Counted from the whole stretch's first letter, positions 44,364-56,350 are shown. The stretch: DNA of 63,023 bases, filler included, from Salisapilia sapeloensis CBS 127946 (GCA_023334545.1; 7 parts of 7 records of this genome joined end to end with filler, not necessarily neighbours in it); one strand, 5' to 3'. The notes: generated by a model from the sequence alone, not told the origin. Translations and numbers: made by a program.

Positions 44364-46133
44364 ATGAAGGATGATGAGCAGGTTGAGGACGAGCCAGCGG
44401 AGGCTGAGCACGACTTATCCGAGTCGAATTACCATCAAGAACTCCTCCGAGTGCTCTTAATCCGCTGGTTAAAAGCTTATAACCCAGACTTTGCCTTAAC
44501 GCCTGAAGTCGTCGATATACTCCGAGCTCTTTTCCAAGACTTGGCTTCTCGTCCGTGCAATGATGGCGAGACGGATACAATTAAATTAACCGTGCTATTC
44601 AGTGAGATTGAACGTCTGGATCCACATGGAAAGGTCGTGGAGGAAGATGTTAAACGGCGGATGTGGGAAGATTTAGATGCCATGTCCAGTTACAATTCCG
44701 GTGACCAACGTATCGATTTCGACCGGTTCTGTGAATGGGTGATGAAGTGGAAGGAAGCGAATCCGGCTTCTGTACAGCAAATTTACGTAAGCTGGGTCGA
44801 ACAACTTGTTTTGCCGACCCACTTGCTCAATCTAGACGACGGGGTTCTCCTAACTCCTCTTGAAAAGCATTCGAACAAGCGTCCTCATACGAACTTTTCT
44901 ACCCAGCGCATCCTACTGCATCTCCTCCGGAGTCATGATACGCGGGAAATCACTACGAACGACCTTCGGAACACCTTCGAGCAACCATCCTCCTCTTTTG
45001 GCGACTACGATCTCGAAGAGAGTCCATCTGAGCTTCGTACACCGGAATCCGATGCACCAGAGCCAAAGCAACGAGCCGTGTGGACAGTATCAAAGTCATT
45101 TGTCGCTGGTGCCTTATCCGGTACAATCGCCAAGTCCGTTCTGGCGCCAGTGGATCGAGTGAAACTACTTTTCCAAGTGAATGAAAAGCAAGCGTTTACG
45201 CTCCGGAATGCATTTCGACTCGGTCAACAAATCTATACGACTGATGGTTTCCATGCGTTATTTCGAGGCAATTTATTAAACATCATTCGTGTCGTCCCGT
45301 ACGCTGGTGTCCAGCACTCGGGTTTTGATTACTTTCGTAAACAGTTTCACAAGTACAATCTGAAGCATTCGGATGGCAAGACAGACTTGGAGCTTTCCAA
45401 TACACAGCTCATGATCTCTGGATCACTAGCAGGTGGGCTGTCGCTCGTACTAGCCTACCCGCTCGACATTCTACGTGCTCGATACATGGTCCAGGAAGGA
45501 GCTATTCGATACAGTAGCATCATGCATGCCGTCGCGTCCATGTACAAGAAAGAAGGCGCTCGTAGCTTCACTAAAGGTCTCGTTCCGTCGCTCATGGGCA
45601 CTTTACCGTACACTGGCATCGGGTTTGGACTTAATGAACGCTTTAAACGGGCGGTATTGACCTTCCAACAACGTCATTCTTCATCGGAAGATGTCGCGAT
45701 GGAAGAAGTGCAGCAGTTGCATCCATTTACCAAGTTCTTATGCGCCTACTTTGCTGGTTGTATTGCTCAGACAAGTACCTTTTATTATTATTACTTTACT
45801 TTATGAACGTTTTATAATAATTAAAAATCTAGCAACGTACCCTTTGGATACGATACGGAGGCGTATGCAAGTGGATGGGTTCACATCGGCTTCGCATGGA
45901 CAAGCGTTGCGATATACTGGTGTGCTTCGAGCAGCGAAACTCATTTGGGCACAAGAAGGCTGGCGGAGTTTGTTTAAAGGCGTGTCTGTCAATTGGCTAC
46001 GAGTAGGATGTTGATATTATGTCTTGGATATAGAAGCTAATGGTATGTGTAGAGTCCGTTGGCGACAGGTATCAGCTTGACCTCGTACGATTTGCTCAAG
46101 GAAGTGCTTGGTGTCGAACGAGTGCCACGATAA
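44364..46133 (+). CDS. Mitochondrial carrier (SLC25A42/SLC25A16/Leu5-like) with a long N-terminal EF-hand-like extension; exons 44364-45776, 45833-46002, 46053-46133
   Basis: Three Px(D/E)xx(K/R) signatures (APVDRVK, YPLDILR, YPLDTIR) and FRGNLLNIIRVVPYAG. The N-terminus carries DQRIDFDRFCEW. Confidence 0.85.
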
Positions 46134-46526
46134 AACGATAATGAGACACTTGAATTGTAGATCTACAGCAATTGAACAAATTACTTTTGAGCACTCTTTT
46201 CTTTCGACACGGCACGATACTTTCAAAAGGATGTACAGATACTTGGTATAAATATTTTTAATTCTACTAATGCAAGAATATTATATTAAAGATGATGGAT
46301 ACCTATCACCATGTTAGCTTCTTGCTGACCTATATGAAGCATGTAGCATATCAAAATGTATAGGATGTGGAGGAAGGATGAATAAAGATGGTGATTAAAG
46401 TGCTGGATTAATCCGAGCCAGATGACCAGTTGCAATCAGACGACATCTGATCGCATACAACTTGCGTACTTCGTATTTTGCGCGCTCCCCCCGACGAGTA
46501 TCCTTCGAGAAGGGCATTTAGGAAAG

Positions 46527-48776
46527 ATGCGATTCGTACTGGCACTAGTGGCAGCGCTTGCCACGAGTATACCAGTGACTTGTGCGAAAGAGGCCAAGGA
46601 CTACCCGACTAAATCCGGGATTAAGCCATGGGTGGACCCAGACACACCGTCGAATCGTCAAGTCTACACGACATCTCGAGGGGAGAAATGGGAGCTCGTC
46701 ATGTCAGACGAGTTTAACGTACCCGATCGGAGCTTTAAGCCTGGAGAAGACCACCTCTGGACATCACTTGAGAAACCGGATGGTGTCAACGGAGCTCTTG
46801 AGCTTTATTCTCACAACATGACTTCCACGGCTTGTGAGAAGAACAAGGATGGAGAAGAAACGTGCTACTTTTACATTAAAGTCATGGACGAAGTGAACAC
46901 GCTTCACATTTACAATGCGTACTTGAAGCCGCCTGACTATGAAGACGTAGACTTCTTCTATCGGGCAGCAATGGTACAGGGCTGGAACAAGTTCTGCTTC
47001 CAAGGCGGAATGATCGAAGTGCGTGCGCAGCTACCAGGAGCCGTTAGCTCCAAGTCTGGAAACCCTGATCTATCCAAAGGACCGTCGGGTGATGTCGAAG
47101 CTGGAGATTATTATCCGACATGGCCTGGCATTTGGATGCTGGGAAATTTGGGTCGAGCTATCTTTACTGGGTCCACGGGCCGGATGTGGCCATTCTCATA
47201 CGACGACTGTAACGACGACGTCTTCCCTTCTTCCAATCAACGCATCAGTGCCTGCGATGATGATCCGGGATACGGATTAAATCCGAATCAAGGCCGTGGG
47301 GCGCCTGAAATTGATATCCTGGAAGGAGGTGGAACGCATATTTCTAGCTCCTTGCAAGTGGCACCTGGCATGCCACAAGACTTCCGGCTATTTGAGGCAG
47401 AAGCCGATGGTGCTGACAAGACCAACCCATACTGTGTCTACACTTACGACTGTAAGACGCCTGGTGCCAACTACATCGACGTGCCAGCCGATTACTACAT
47501 GAAAAAACGAGGACACAAGAGTTGGTACCAAGGTCTTCGATATGCTGCCAACAATTTCTGTAAAGCCGAGTCAGATCGAAAGCAGACGTACGAATCAGTT
47601 TCGAAGTCAGTCAAGAAGGGAGTGGACAAGAACACTTGTACTACGTCGACCTGTCCAGCATCGTATGATGTGAATGCAGATCTGAGTCTCATCGACGGCG
47701 TCGGCCCAGACCATTGGGGCATCAACTCGAACGGAACTTGTTACCCAGTCATGAACTCGTACATGGGAGCTTACCTATGTGACCCAGATAACACGAACAA
47801 ACTGTGTACGGACCCTCGTAACGAATCCACAGAGCCAACCGGCACGATGGATCCTTTCAACTACCAAATGGACGCCATTTCGTCCAATTGGCCAGTCCAC
47901 GTCGGAGCATACCTTGACTATCTGGTGTACCAAGTCGAGTGGGTAACTGGAACGAAAGGATACGTTCGATGGATGTTGGATGGCCATCCTCTCTTTGAGG
48001 TCACATCCGACGCGTTTACGAACGTCCCGCAGAACAAAAAGAAGAACAACCCGTCCAAGATGATGATTGAAGAGCCCATGTATGTCATTTTCAACGTTGC
48101 CTTGTCCAGTTCGTGGGGTACTACGCCACCGAATGCAGGAGATAAATGTCGTGGAGATGGCACGGATAAAGTCGCCAACGCCATTTGTGATGAATTCCCC
48201 ATGTACATGAAGGTTGACTACATTCGTCTCTATCAAGACACGAGTGATAACCTAAAGGATGGATCGCTCATGCATATTGGTTGCAGTCCTGAAACACATC
48301 CAACGAAGCGATGGATTGAAGAACATTTGAGCGAGTATGAAGATATTGATAACAAGATGGAAGAGGTGGTGGGAAAAGCTTTCTGTAGAAATGATGACGA
48401 CTGTACGGTCGGTAACTCTGGCCCTCGAAGTCTTTTCCACACTGGTAAATGCGAGAAAAATCGATGCAAGTGCACGCATGCCGATTCGTGGGGTGGACCT
48501 CGGTGCACGACAACCTCGGCCGAGACGTCGGACGACTTGTCTGATCGTGTCTACGGTCCTCCAATGGGCATTTCCCTCGCAGTCGGTGTGCTGTCACTCA
48601 TAGTCACGGCGCTTTCCTTGTGGCTGTCAGCTCGCGCGACCGCTAAACAAAACGAAGCGCTATTGAAATCCACGGAACAGAAGAAAGCTGCATCGATGCA
48701 GCCTTCTCCAGCTGACCAGCGATCGGATGGTTCTACACGACGTCCCAAAGATAACTACAGTCAAAACTTCGTCTAA
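46527..48776 (+). CDS. Beta-glucan synthesis-associated KRE6/SKN1-like GH16 protein (oomycete type), intronless
   Basis: Signal peptide, WELVMSDEFN, QGWNKFCFQGGMIEV, WPGIWMLGNLGRA, catalytic PEIDILEG, EEPMYVIFNVA, MKVDYIRLYQ, and a C-terminal TM helix. Confidence 0.92.
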   Translation: MRFVLALVAALATSIPVTCAKEAKDYPTKSGIKPWVDPDTPSNRQVYTTSRGEKWELVMSDEFNVPDRSFKPGEDHLWTSLEKPDGVNGALELYSHNMTSTACEKNKDGEETCYFYIKVMDEVNTLHIYNAYLKPPDYEDVDFFYRAAMVQGWNKFCFQGGMIEVRAQLPGAVSSKSGNPDLSKGPSGDVEAGDYYPTWPGIWMLGNLGRAIFTGSTGRMWPFSYDDCNDDVFPSSNQRISACDDDPGYGLNPNQGRGAPEIDILEGGGTHISSSLQVAPGMPQDFRLFEAEADGADKTNPYCVYTYDCKTPGANYIDVPADYYMKKRGHKSWYQGLRYAANNFCKAESDRKQTYESVSKSVKKGVDKNTCTTSTCPASYDVNADLSLIDGVGPDHWGINSNGTCYPVMNSYMGAYLCDPDNTNKLCTDPRNESTEPTGTMDPFNYQMDAISSNWPVHVGAYLDYLVYQVEWVTGTKGYVRWMLDGHPLFEVTSDAFTNVPQNKKKNNPSKMMIEEPMYVIFNVALSSSWGTTPPNAGDKCRGDGTDKVANAICDEFPMYMKVDYIRLYQDTSDNLKDGSLMHIGCSPETHPTKRWIEEHLSEYEDIDNKMEEVVGKAFCRNDDDCTVGNSGPRSLFHTGKCEKNRCKCTHADSWGGPRCTTTSAETSDDLSDRVYGPPMGISLAVGVLSLIVTALSLWLSARATAKQNEALLKSTEQKKAASMQPSPADQRSDGSTRRPKDNYSQNFV

Positions 48777-49005
48777 TTACACCATGACATTGCATGTTCA
48801 CATCAACCTTACTTTGTTCTTTTTATTCATTTAAAGTTGGTAGAAGGTCGATGGAGTACTTGTCTCTTATCGAAAAGTAGCTTGCTGTGATGCACTGTTA
48901 TGTCTTCTCTTGTCCAAACTTCCATATACAGTATGACTTGGTCTCAGACCCTCGATCATGTCTTCGTTTGACCTTCTAGGTGCGATTGGCGACCGATCTA
49001 ACTAA

Positions 49006-49105
49006 NNNNNNNNNNNNNNNNNNNNNNNNNNNNNNNNNNNNNNNNNNNNTTAATTAATTAANNNNNNNNNNNNNNNNNNNNNNNNNNNNNNNNNNNNNNN
49101 NNNNN
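49006..49105. other. Artificial contig spacer
   Basis: 44 N + TTAATTAATTAA + 44 N. Confidence 0.97.
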
Positions 49106-50304
49106 TCTGTTCTACACGTACTACAAATATCCCATCCAGTCTCTTCGTCAGACGCCAGCTCATGATCTAGAAGTAGCGCATCAAACAATGAAAATATCTA
49201 TCCTGCTTATAACCCAAGTTACCGTTGGTACGATCTACCAGTGGTGGTCTCAAACTCGGATTCGTCTCATATAGAAAGAGACTGAGGTTGACTGCGCATA
49301 GAGAGCGATGATGTGATAAGTGATGCGCTTAAATCTTAATTTTTTGGATACAGAGTCAAAGGCTGGACAGGATTCAGAAGAACCGGGACAAATGAATACG
49401 GAAGGGTACACTCTGTAGCTGAAGATCGTTGCCACTCCATATAAACTATATTCGTGACATCTAGTCGCTCACACATCATGGCTGCTTTACTCGAAGATGG
49501 ATACCACTTGATGGATGGTAAAAACGTGGAAGTCGGAAAACGTTCTTTTGTTGTGCTCTGCAGCTTCCTCTTGTCATGCGTAGTCTGCATGAAGCCTTGC
49601 GTACATGCACGACCATTGCATGTCCATAAAATCTTTCTGTCGCATAGGATGCTCATTCATGTCTACTCTGCTAGGCCGAAGTATGGTTGAGAAATCCGGC
49701 ATATCCTAGAGGTTTTAACACGTAGGAGATGACTTATTTGAAATAGTTGGCGAGATTAGTAAGCGTATACACTCTATTTCATCTCCTGCACTCTATGTAG
49801 ACAGCTAAAGCCTACTTTGATGATATTAGACAACTATGGAAAAATATTGTTCAAGTCCCACTGTCTCAGTCACTTGCGACTCACTGATATTCCGATCCGC
49901 GTCGAGCGAAAGTAGCGTCCCACTCCAGGTCAAGCACTGGGTACACATTATCAGACCGCAGATCATGCGTTAGATGGTCATGGAGACGTTAGCCTCTCCT
50001 TTCGACTAAGCCACTGGAGGGATCAAATTCCATGGCTTCGAGCAAACTCCACATGAATGAATACACTTTAGTGATTTAGACACTGCATGCTGCTCCCCAA
50101 GTTACCACTCTTCCTACAATCGGTTTCCACATGACATCTTAAGATCTGTCAACCCATTGCGAAGTGGATTGCTTCCATTTGCACTTGCGAAGGCGAACCT
50201 ATCTTCCTTCCGCTTGTCCTTGTCCTGTAGCAACCTCATTTTCGATCTTGCGTTCCAAGCCTCAAGGCATCAGCAAGAGGTCACGTCTTGCGAAGGGATT
50301 CGTC

Positions 50305-52584
50305 ATGTCAACGCTTCAAAGTACGGACGCGAGACTATGGAAGTACGCGGAAGCGGGCGATGTAGAAGGTGTTCACAGAATGATTGACGACGACTGTAAT
50401 GTGAACTGGGCGAACGATTGGGGTAAAAACTCGGCATCACCATTAATGGCGGCAGCATCAGGCGGTCATGTCAAAGTGATCGCACTCTTGCTAAAGCATA
50501 ATGCAGACGTGAAGATGACCGATGAATACAAGTCTACCGCACTTCACTACGCTGCTCAGCATGGACAAGCGGAAGCTGCGCAGTTGCTAATAAACTCTGG
50601 ACCGAGCATCGATAGGCGAAATAGAGAAGGTTGTACCCCACTGCATGTTGCCGCGAGAGAAGGAAACTTGGAGGTTGCAGCGATGTTACTACAAAACGGT
50701 GCGAGAGTTAACATCGCAGGTGAATGGAACGCCACCCCACTCGACTTCGCAATCCGAGACAAACGAGTTGAGATGATAAAGCTCTTGGCTCAATGGGGAG
50801 CGAATCCAACCAGTAAAATTGGTTATCGTCCATGTCCGATCAAATTCGCCAAAGACAACCGTGATACAGCTCATTTGGTGTCGATTTTAAAAGAGTTTAC
50901 GAGTCATAAGAAAGCGGTGGACAGTGGTAAGCAAGAGACTGTGCAGGGCTTCTTACGTCAGTCTATCGCTGATAAGGATGTGAAACAGATGAAGAAAAGC
51001 TACAGGAAGATCAACAATCATACAAGTCGTTTCCAAGGTTCAGTGTGGCAGACTAAACTTCGTCGTGTCCTGGATGACCACAAGTTGGAAATGGTGTACT
51101 ATGCATTCAAGATAGATGAAGTTGAAACGATCGAAGCTATCTTCAATTGGATCAATGGCGAGCAATGGATTCGAACCGCGACCTTCTCGGATGGATCGAC
51201 CTTGTTACAACGAGCTCTGAGTCACCGAAAAGTGTTCGCCGTAACGTCCATGCTATCGCACGGACTGGACCCCTATGAAGGTTCGAAAGCCAGTCAGCCA
51301 CTGCCGCTCTTGTGCCACTCGACTTTACGCGTATCAGCTGACAAATTGATAGCTAGCTACAGAACGCTTCAAAAGGCGATAAACGGTCTACCTGAAGACG
51401 GCAAAAACGCTTTTACCCAACATATCCTTGACGATTTCAAAGTGGAGATGCTGTACGCTGCCTTCGAAACGAGTGATGAGGAAAAGAGAGACGCCATCAT
51501 CAGTTGGATTGATGATAAAGATTGGATCCAAACGGCCAAATATAGCGATGAATCGACATTGATGCAGCGTGCTGTGCGCTCACAGAATTGGACTGCCCTT
51601 CGGAAAATGGTACGCTATCGGATCGATCCTTACAAGCTTATTACGGAGAATCGACTCATACCTAAGGGAAAAGAGGAAGAGGAAAAGAACGATGAAACAC
51701 CACAGAAGATCATAGAAGCCATGACACTTGAGTATGAAGTATGTGCTATGAAACTTCTTGAGAGCCATGATATGCCGCCGACTGATAGAGGAGAGTTGAT
51801 GAACTCGATGCGCTTCTTTTCAACATGCGTGAGCAACGTCTGCTCCATCATCACGTTTGCTGTGGTAAACCTCCAAGAAGAAGGGAGGGATGCGTTTATT
51901 GAAAAATGCTTGGAGCTTCCCATGCTCCGTCGCTTTGTCTACGACAGGAGTGAGCGAGACGAGTACGTCAACTACTTGGCAGGCCTGAGAGCACAAGCCG
52001 TCATTACGAAGGAAAGAAGAGAACACTTTCGTATGGATGCAACAAATGTTAATGCAGAGAATACAGTGTGGGTACACGAGATCAAAGCTTCTGTCCAAAA
52101 GAACACCGAGCATCGTGAACACACCAAACATGGCTTGAAGAAACTTCGAGAGGAATTTGACAAACTTAAAGTGTCTCTAAGGAATTGGCAAGAGCAGCAA
52201 GCGGAACATGACAAAATTCAAAACATCATCTCGGCCATCTGTGGCTGCATGATTTTCTTCGGAGCTCCTTCGGTGGGGAGACTAGTACAGGCTATTATCA
52301 ATATGATGAGCCCAAAGCTAGTACTCGACGCCATCACAGAAAGATCGGGCAGTCATGAAAACAAACTAGTGCTCAAGCAAGAAGTTAGGTGCATGATTGA
52401 AAGCTCTGGCATTCCCCCTCAAGAATTTGTCGCCAAGTTGAAAGAAGCCGCAGACAGAGTCAGCGACAAAGACGAGGAGCCATCCGTTGCACAAGCTGCT
52501 GGTGGGGCTCATACACGTCGTCAAAGTGCAAACGCGTATTCTCGAGACGAAGAAGAGAACGACCCACCTAACGCCATGAATTAA
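50305..52584 (+). CDS. Ankyrin-repeat protein with a duplicated central module and a coiled-coil/hydrophobic C-terminus; intronless
   Basis: About 5 canonical ANK repeats (SPLMAAA, TALHYAA, TPLHVAA, TPLDFA), two copies of LDD.K.EM.Y.AF...WI....WI.TA..SD.STL.QRA, then a coiled coil. Confidence 0.85.
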   Translation: MSTLQSTDARLWKYAEAGDVEGVHRMIDDDCNVNWANDWGKNSASPLMAAASGGHVKVIALLLKHNADVKMTDEYKSTALHYAAQHGQAEAAQLLINSGPSIDRRNREGCTPLHVAAREGNLEVAAMLLQNGARVNIAGEWNATPLDFAIRDKRVEMIKLLAQWGANPTSKIGYRPCPIKFAKDNRDTAHLVSILKEFTSHKKAVDSGKQETVQGFLRQSIADKDVKQMKKSYRKINNHTSRFQGSVWQTKLRRVLDDHKLEMVYYAFKIDEVETIEAIFNWINGEQWIRTATFSDGSTLLQRALSHRKVFAVTSMLSHGLDPYEGSKASQPLPLLCHSTLRVSADKLIASYRTLQKAINGLPEDGKNAFTQHILDDFKVEMLYAAFETSDEEKRDAIISWIDDKDWIQTAKYSDESTLMQRAVRSQNWTALRKMVRYRIDPYKLITENRLIPKGKEEEEKNDETPQKIIEAMTLEYEVCAMKLLESHDMPPTDRGELMNSMRFFSTCVSNVCSIITFAVVNLQEEGRDAFIEKCLELPMLRRFVYDRSERDEYVNYLAGLRAQAVITKERREHFRMDATNVNAENTVWVHEIKASVQKNTEHREHTKHGLKKLREEFDKLKVSLRNWQEQQAEHDKIQNIISAICGCMIFFGAPSVGRLVQAIINMMSPKLVLDAITERSGSHENKLVLKQEVRCMIESSGIPPQEFVAKLKEAADRVSDKDEEPSVAQAAGGAHTRRQSANAYSRDEEENDPPNAMN

Positions 52585-53856
52585 GAAAGCGATGACGATA
52601 AGCATCTAGACCAAGATGAACCGTCCGAGCCCATGCAGTTGGCTAAGACGTATATTCGATTGCAGGTGATGGAAAACAAATTGCTTAGTGGGTCGAGTCA
52701 ATTATGCTAAGTGGTTTATGTGTGGATGAGATGATGAACCTCTAAAGAAGCGTAATAAGAATCAATGCACATAATTTCTTTTTTAGACGATGAGCACAGT
52801 TTGTGACAAGTATGATTTAATATATTATATTTGTGTTCTCGTTGGTATGCTTGCCCTTCAGATAGATAGGTGAGCATTGTAAAAAGACAAGCGCTGTTTT
52901 GTTCTTAAGACCAAAAGTTAAGCGTACTGATGGCCACATTTCTGTACGTTCTTTTGAATACTATAGCTTATATGATAAACTATTGATAAATCATTTGGAT
53001 GTCAAAGTGGTAACATTCTAGCTTCCAATGCTTATACATGTAGAGTTTTCGATCTGTCAAGTTGAATACTTTAAACCTCACGGTTTGGTCGCAAACCAAT
53101 GTCTATGTACAGTAGTCGGACTATCCCAACGCAGCTAATTAAATCATCACTCTGCCAGGAAAAAGAGTGTTAGCGCAATAGTTTGCATATTTCTACATTT
53201 CATTATTGATATTAATAAAGCTTTTCCGTTTAAGTGTTGCTAGCTCGACATTAGCACAAGAAAGCTTTAGCTATAATAGGGTTTGCATTTGAGGGCAATT
53301 GTCATAAAAAACAAGAACGCCGGTACTTTAAAATCACTTGTGCGACCGATACATTTGATCATCACGAAAGAGCACCGGTCCCAACATCGGGAGCCCTAGA
53401 GTACTTTAGCGGCCTCCCTCTACTCGAAAGACTCCGGAAAAATCGAGCAACCACATCACCATTCTTCGGAATGGTTGAGTTCACCGGAGGTGGGTTCCAA
53501 GGGTAGACGTTTAATAACTAGCTGCTAATATAATTCCGGCTGTGCCACAACAAAATCACTTCGGCTACTCATTGGAAAATTATGATCATATGGTACCGTC
53601 ACAAATATATATAACAGATCGGTTCAAATAATGCAAAAGCTAAACGAAACACGAATTAACTGACAAAGTGCTGCAAACTCTTTAAAGTATGTGGAATGGG
53701 TGGAACAGTATGATACATCAAAATGCTAGCTCAGCAAAATAAAAGCAAGTAAATAATGAGTTACGCGATAGCACGATTTTATATCGTCACATAGGTTTCA
53801 CGCGTCTCGGGCGCCAGTTGCTTATCCCAAAATATAAAAATGTCGTAAAAAGATAA

Positions 53857-53929
53857 TGCCGCGACCCGGGATCGAACCGGGGACCTCAAGAACTTCAGTC
53901 TTGCGCTCTCCCAACTGAGCTATCGAGGC
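53857..53929 (-). tRNA. tRNA-Phe (GAA)
   Basis: GCCTCGATAGCTCAGTTGGGAGAGCGCAAGACTGAAGTTCTTGAGGTCCCCGGTTCGATCCCGGGTCGCGGCA, 73 nt. Intact A and B boxes and anticodon stem CAAGA/TCTTG, with one U4:C69 acceptor-stem mismatch. Confidence 0.9.
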
Positions 53930-55089
53930 ATCGATACAGTGACAGTAAACAATACTAATAAAAACAATACTTTAAAGTTACTGTCAAGTACTGATGCTGT
54001 ACTTGATAGTTTTCGTTTAACAGATTGGTTATATTTCACACTCGCAAAGTAGACCTATACTCGTTTCACTTTTAGATATGTGCCATGAATGCGCAAACTA
54101 CTTGCTTGCAGCGACGTTAATATCGCATCAAAATGTGAGTCACCTACACTCTTGAGTCCGTAAATATCGCTTTTCTCGTATTTCTGGTATCTTCTGACTC
54201 AATCATGTAGTCATCTATAAGAGCTTATGTTTTGTAGCCGCTGTCGATACAGAATCAACGAAATCATCTATAATACAGATGACGTTCGAATGGCTGGGAC
54301 CCTGCTTGATGCATACCCCCTAGTAGCTACTGTACTGATTCGGCACCACGCTGTCGATTTACCAATCTCGAGTGGGAAAGAATAAGAACGCATGAGGTTA
54401 TAGTTCTAAAGCTCGGACTGAGATTACGTCTCATGATCACGTAGTGAGAAAGCCGTATAAATAGCTCTGTTTTGCTACTCTCCAGAATATTTGTTCGTAA
54501 TCTTCTAAGGCCCTCAAGCCACAACTAGCATGCAAATTTTATCAGGATTCACTTTTCTATCACTGTACAGCTTGCTCTCTCTATAGAACGTAACTGCTAA
54601 CTCGTTTTAAGTAGACTTCACAAATATTATCTTGGTATGGATCTAGACGAGCATGACTTGTCAAGACATCTCGAAATTTACTCCAAAGAGCCTTCATGGT
54701 TTCGATGCGTGCTTCTACATGTTTTTGTAAGATAAATTTGTAATCTATATTTTGATTTCATTCCGTTGGGCCTTCCAAGAAACTGCACGACATGTACTTA
54801 ACTGACCAGATTATAGTTGGTCCATCAAATGCATAAAGAAAAGAGCGCTATTGCCAAGGCTAGAAAAAACATATTAATAGATCGGAACTGCAAGTATAAT
54901 ATATCCATCTATTTATTTTTGAAGTTATGTCGGCTAACTACACCCAACACCGCACGAAGCAGCAGCGTTAACTACAGAGCAGTCCGGAGTTGGCCCTGTA
55001 GTAGGAGCCCATGGGAACTGCAAATAACGGAGATTGCATTTATTCAATTGATAAGATTGCGGGTTAGACTGTAGATACAAACAGATAGT

Positions 55090-56350
55090 CTGGAAGTTGA
55101 TATGCCTCGTCAATAGCCCACAAGTATATTGAAATTCGTCAGACAATTTGTAAGGACTGGAGCACTAATTTGCCATCGAGTAGCGGTTCATAGAGCAAGT
55201 GTGGTATTTAATTGCTCAAGGTCCACATCGTTGCTTGGTTTGCAATTAGGACATCACTTGCTTGCAAGGATAAGAAGGTTGCCGAGTAAGACTCATTTAC
55301 AATCTGAATAATTGGCACATATTCACCTCATGATTCTAAATACTGGCGTCGCCTGGCAATAGCTTCATGCGTGAAGAAGTGCTGGTCGTACGCTCTTAAC
55401 CGAAGATGCAGTAGATTTCTCTGAACGCGACTCAAAAGAGAACTAGACGTTATGTTGGCGTATCACGTAGCAATTACTTGTATCTAATATATCCATCCAT
55501 AGGCATTGAATGAGGAAACTTTTCTAGATGCGCTCCACGTCAAAAGCCTTGATTTGTCTGTTGCCGGCAACATGCATCATTTCCATTTGTCTACGTGTAA
55601 CCTAGGTCGTAACCAACGTCGGAAAAGAAACCTCTGCTAAGACATAATCGTTTGCTTTGATGTTGGCGTAATGCACAAGATACAATGCTACTTTTTAACA
55701 GTAGCCCTAGTGATATAGCGCTTTTTTTCACATCAACTTCATAAAAATGTTCTCCATAATACCCGCTCGAGAATCCCCATTCCTTTAATGGACCCTAAAG
55801 TAAAACCTACCTCATTTAGCATTTCCACTTACAAGTCTCACATCTGCGCGCAGTATAAGTAAATTCCACAGTTCATTATCCCTGCTTTCAAGTGTGTCTG
55901 AGAAATGCGGTCAAATTAAAATCAACCTAGAACGTACTCACCAAGTCTCTCACAATAAAAGGAAGCTATATACGTGATTTATCGATGTAATGCCTAAAGT
56001 ATATGGACTGTAGCATCCACTTATCTGAAGCGTCATTTACAGTGCGATGTAGAAATTATGTTATTATGGTGCTATGTAAACACCAAACAAATTGACATGC
56101 CTTAAATCGGTTCTAGTAAACTTTCCGTCTTCGCACCAAAAGCAGTAGGATGGGATATTAAATCTCTTACCAGATCATCGAGCCCACAGGCACACAGTAG
56201 CAAACTATCATAAATAATCTTAAATATTCTACAACTCAAGACAATATAACATTCATACAATCAGAGGTATAGCTCATAGTGTGTGCAATACCGACCATTA
56301 TCTCCCAAAAGGGTCTTACGTAAACTGATTGTTCGCAACGTCAAGCCTTT
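55090..56350 (-). mobile_element. Decayed Ty1/Copia RT + RNase H relic
   Basis: Collinear on the minus strand across frameshifts: (Y)GL..SG (about 56170-56190), YIAL-VND (56032-56051; YVDD), DLGE.VLG (55924-55947), LYLV..T-PNI (55659-55685; TRPDI), AFD.E (55532-55546), GYI (55487-55495), SRVQ (55421-55432), EAI (55358-55366), TK..DV (55224-55239; TKHIDV minus 2 nt), LTR (55105-55113; LTK). Spacings are close to the Copia consensus. Confidence 0.75.

Noticed and set aside
49250-49690. Overlapping short ORFs upstream of the ankyrin gene as a decayed gene or transposase
   Set aside because: No motif could be recognised in any frame.
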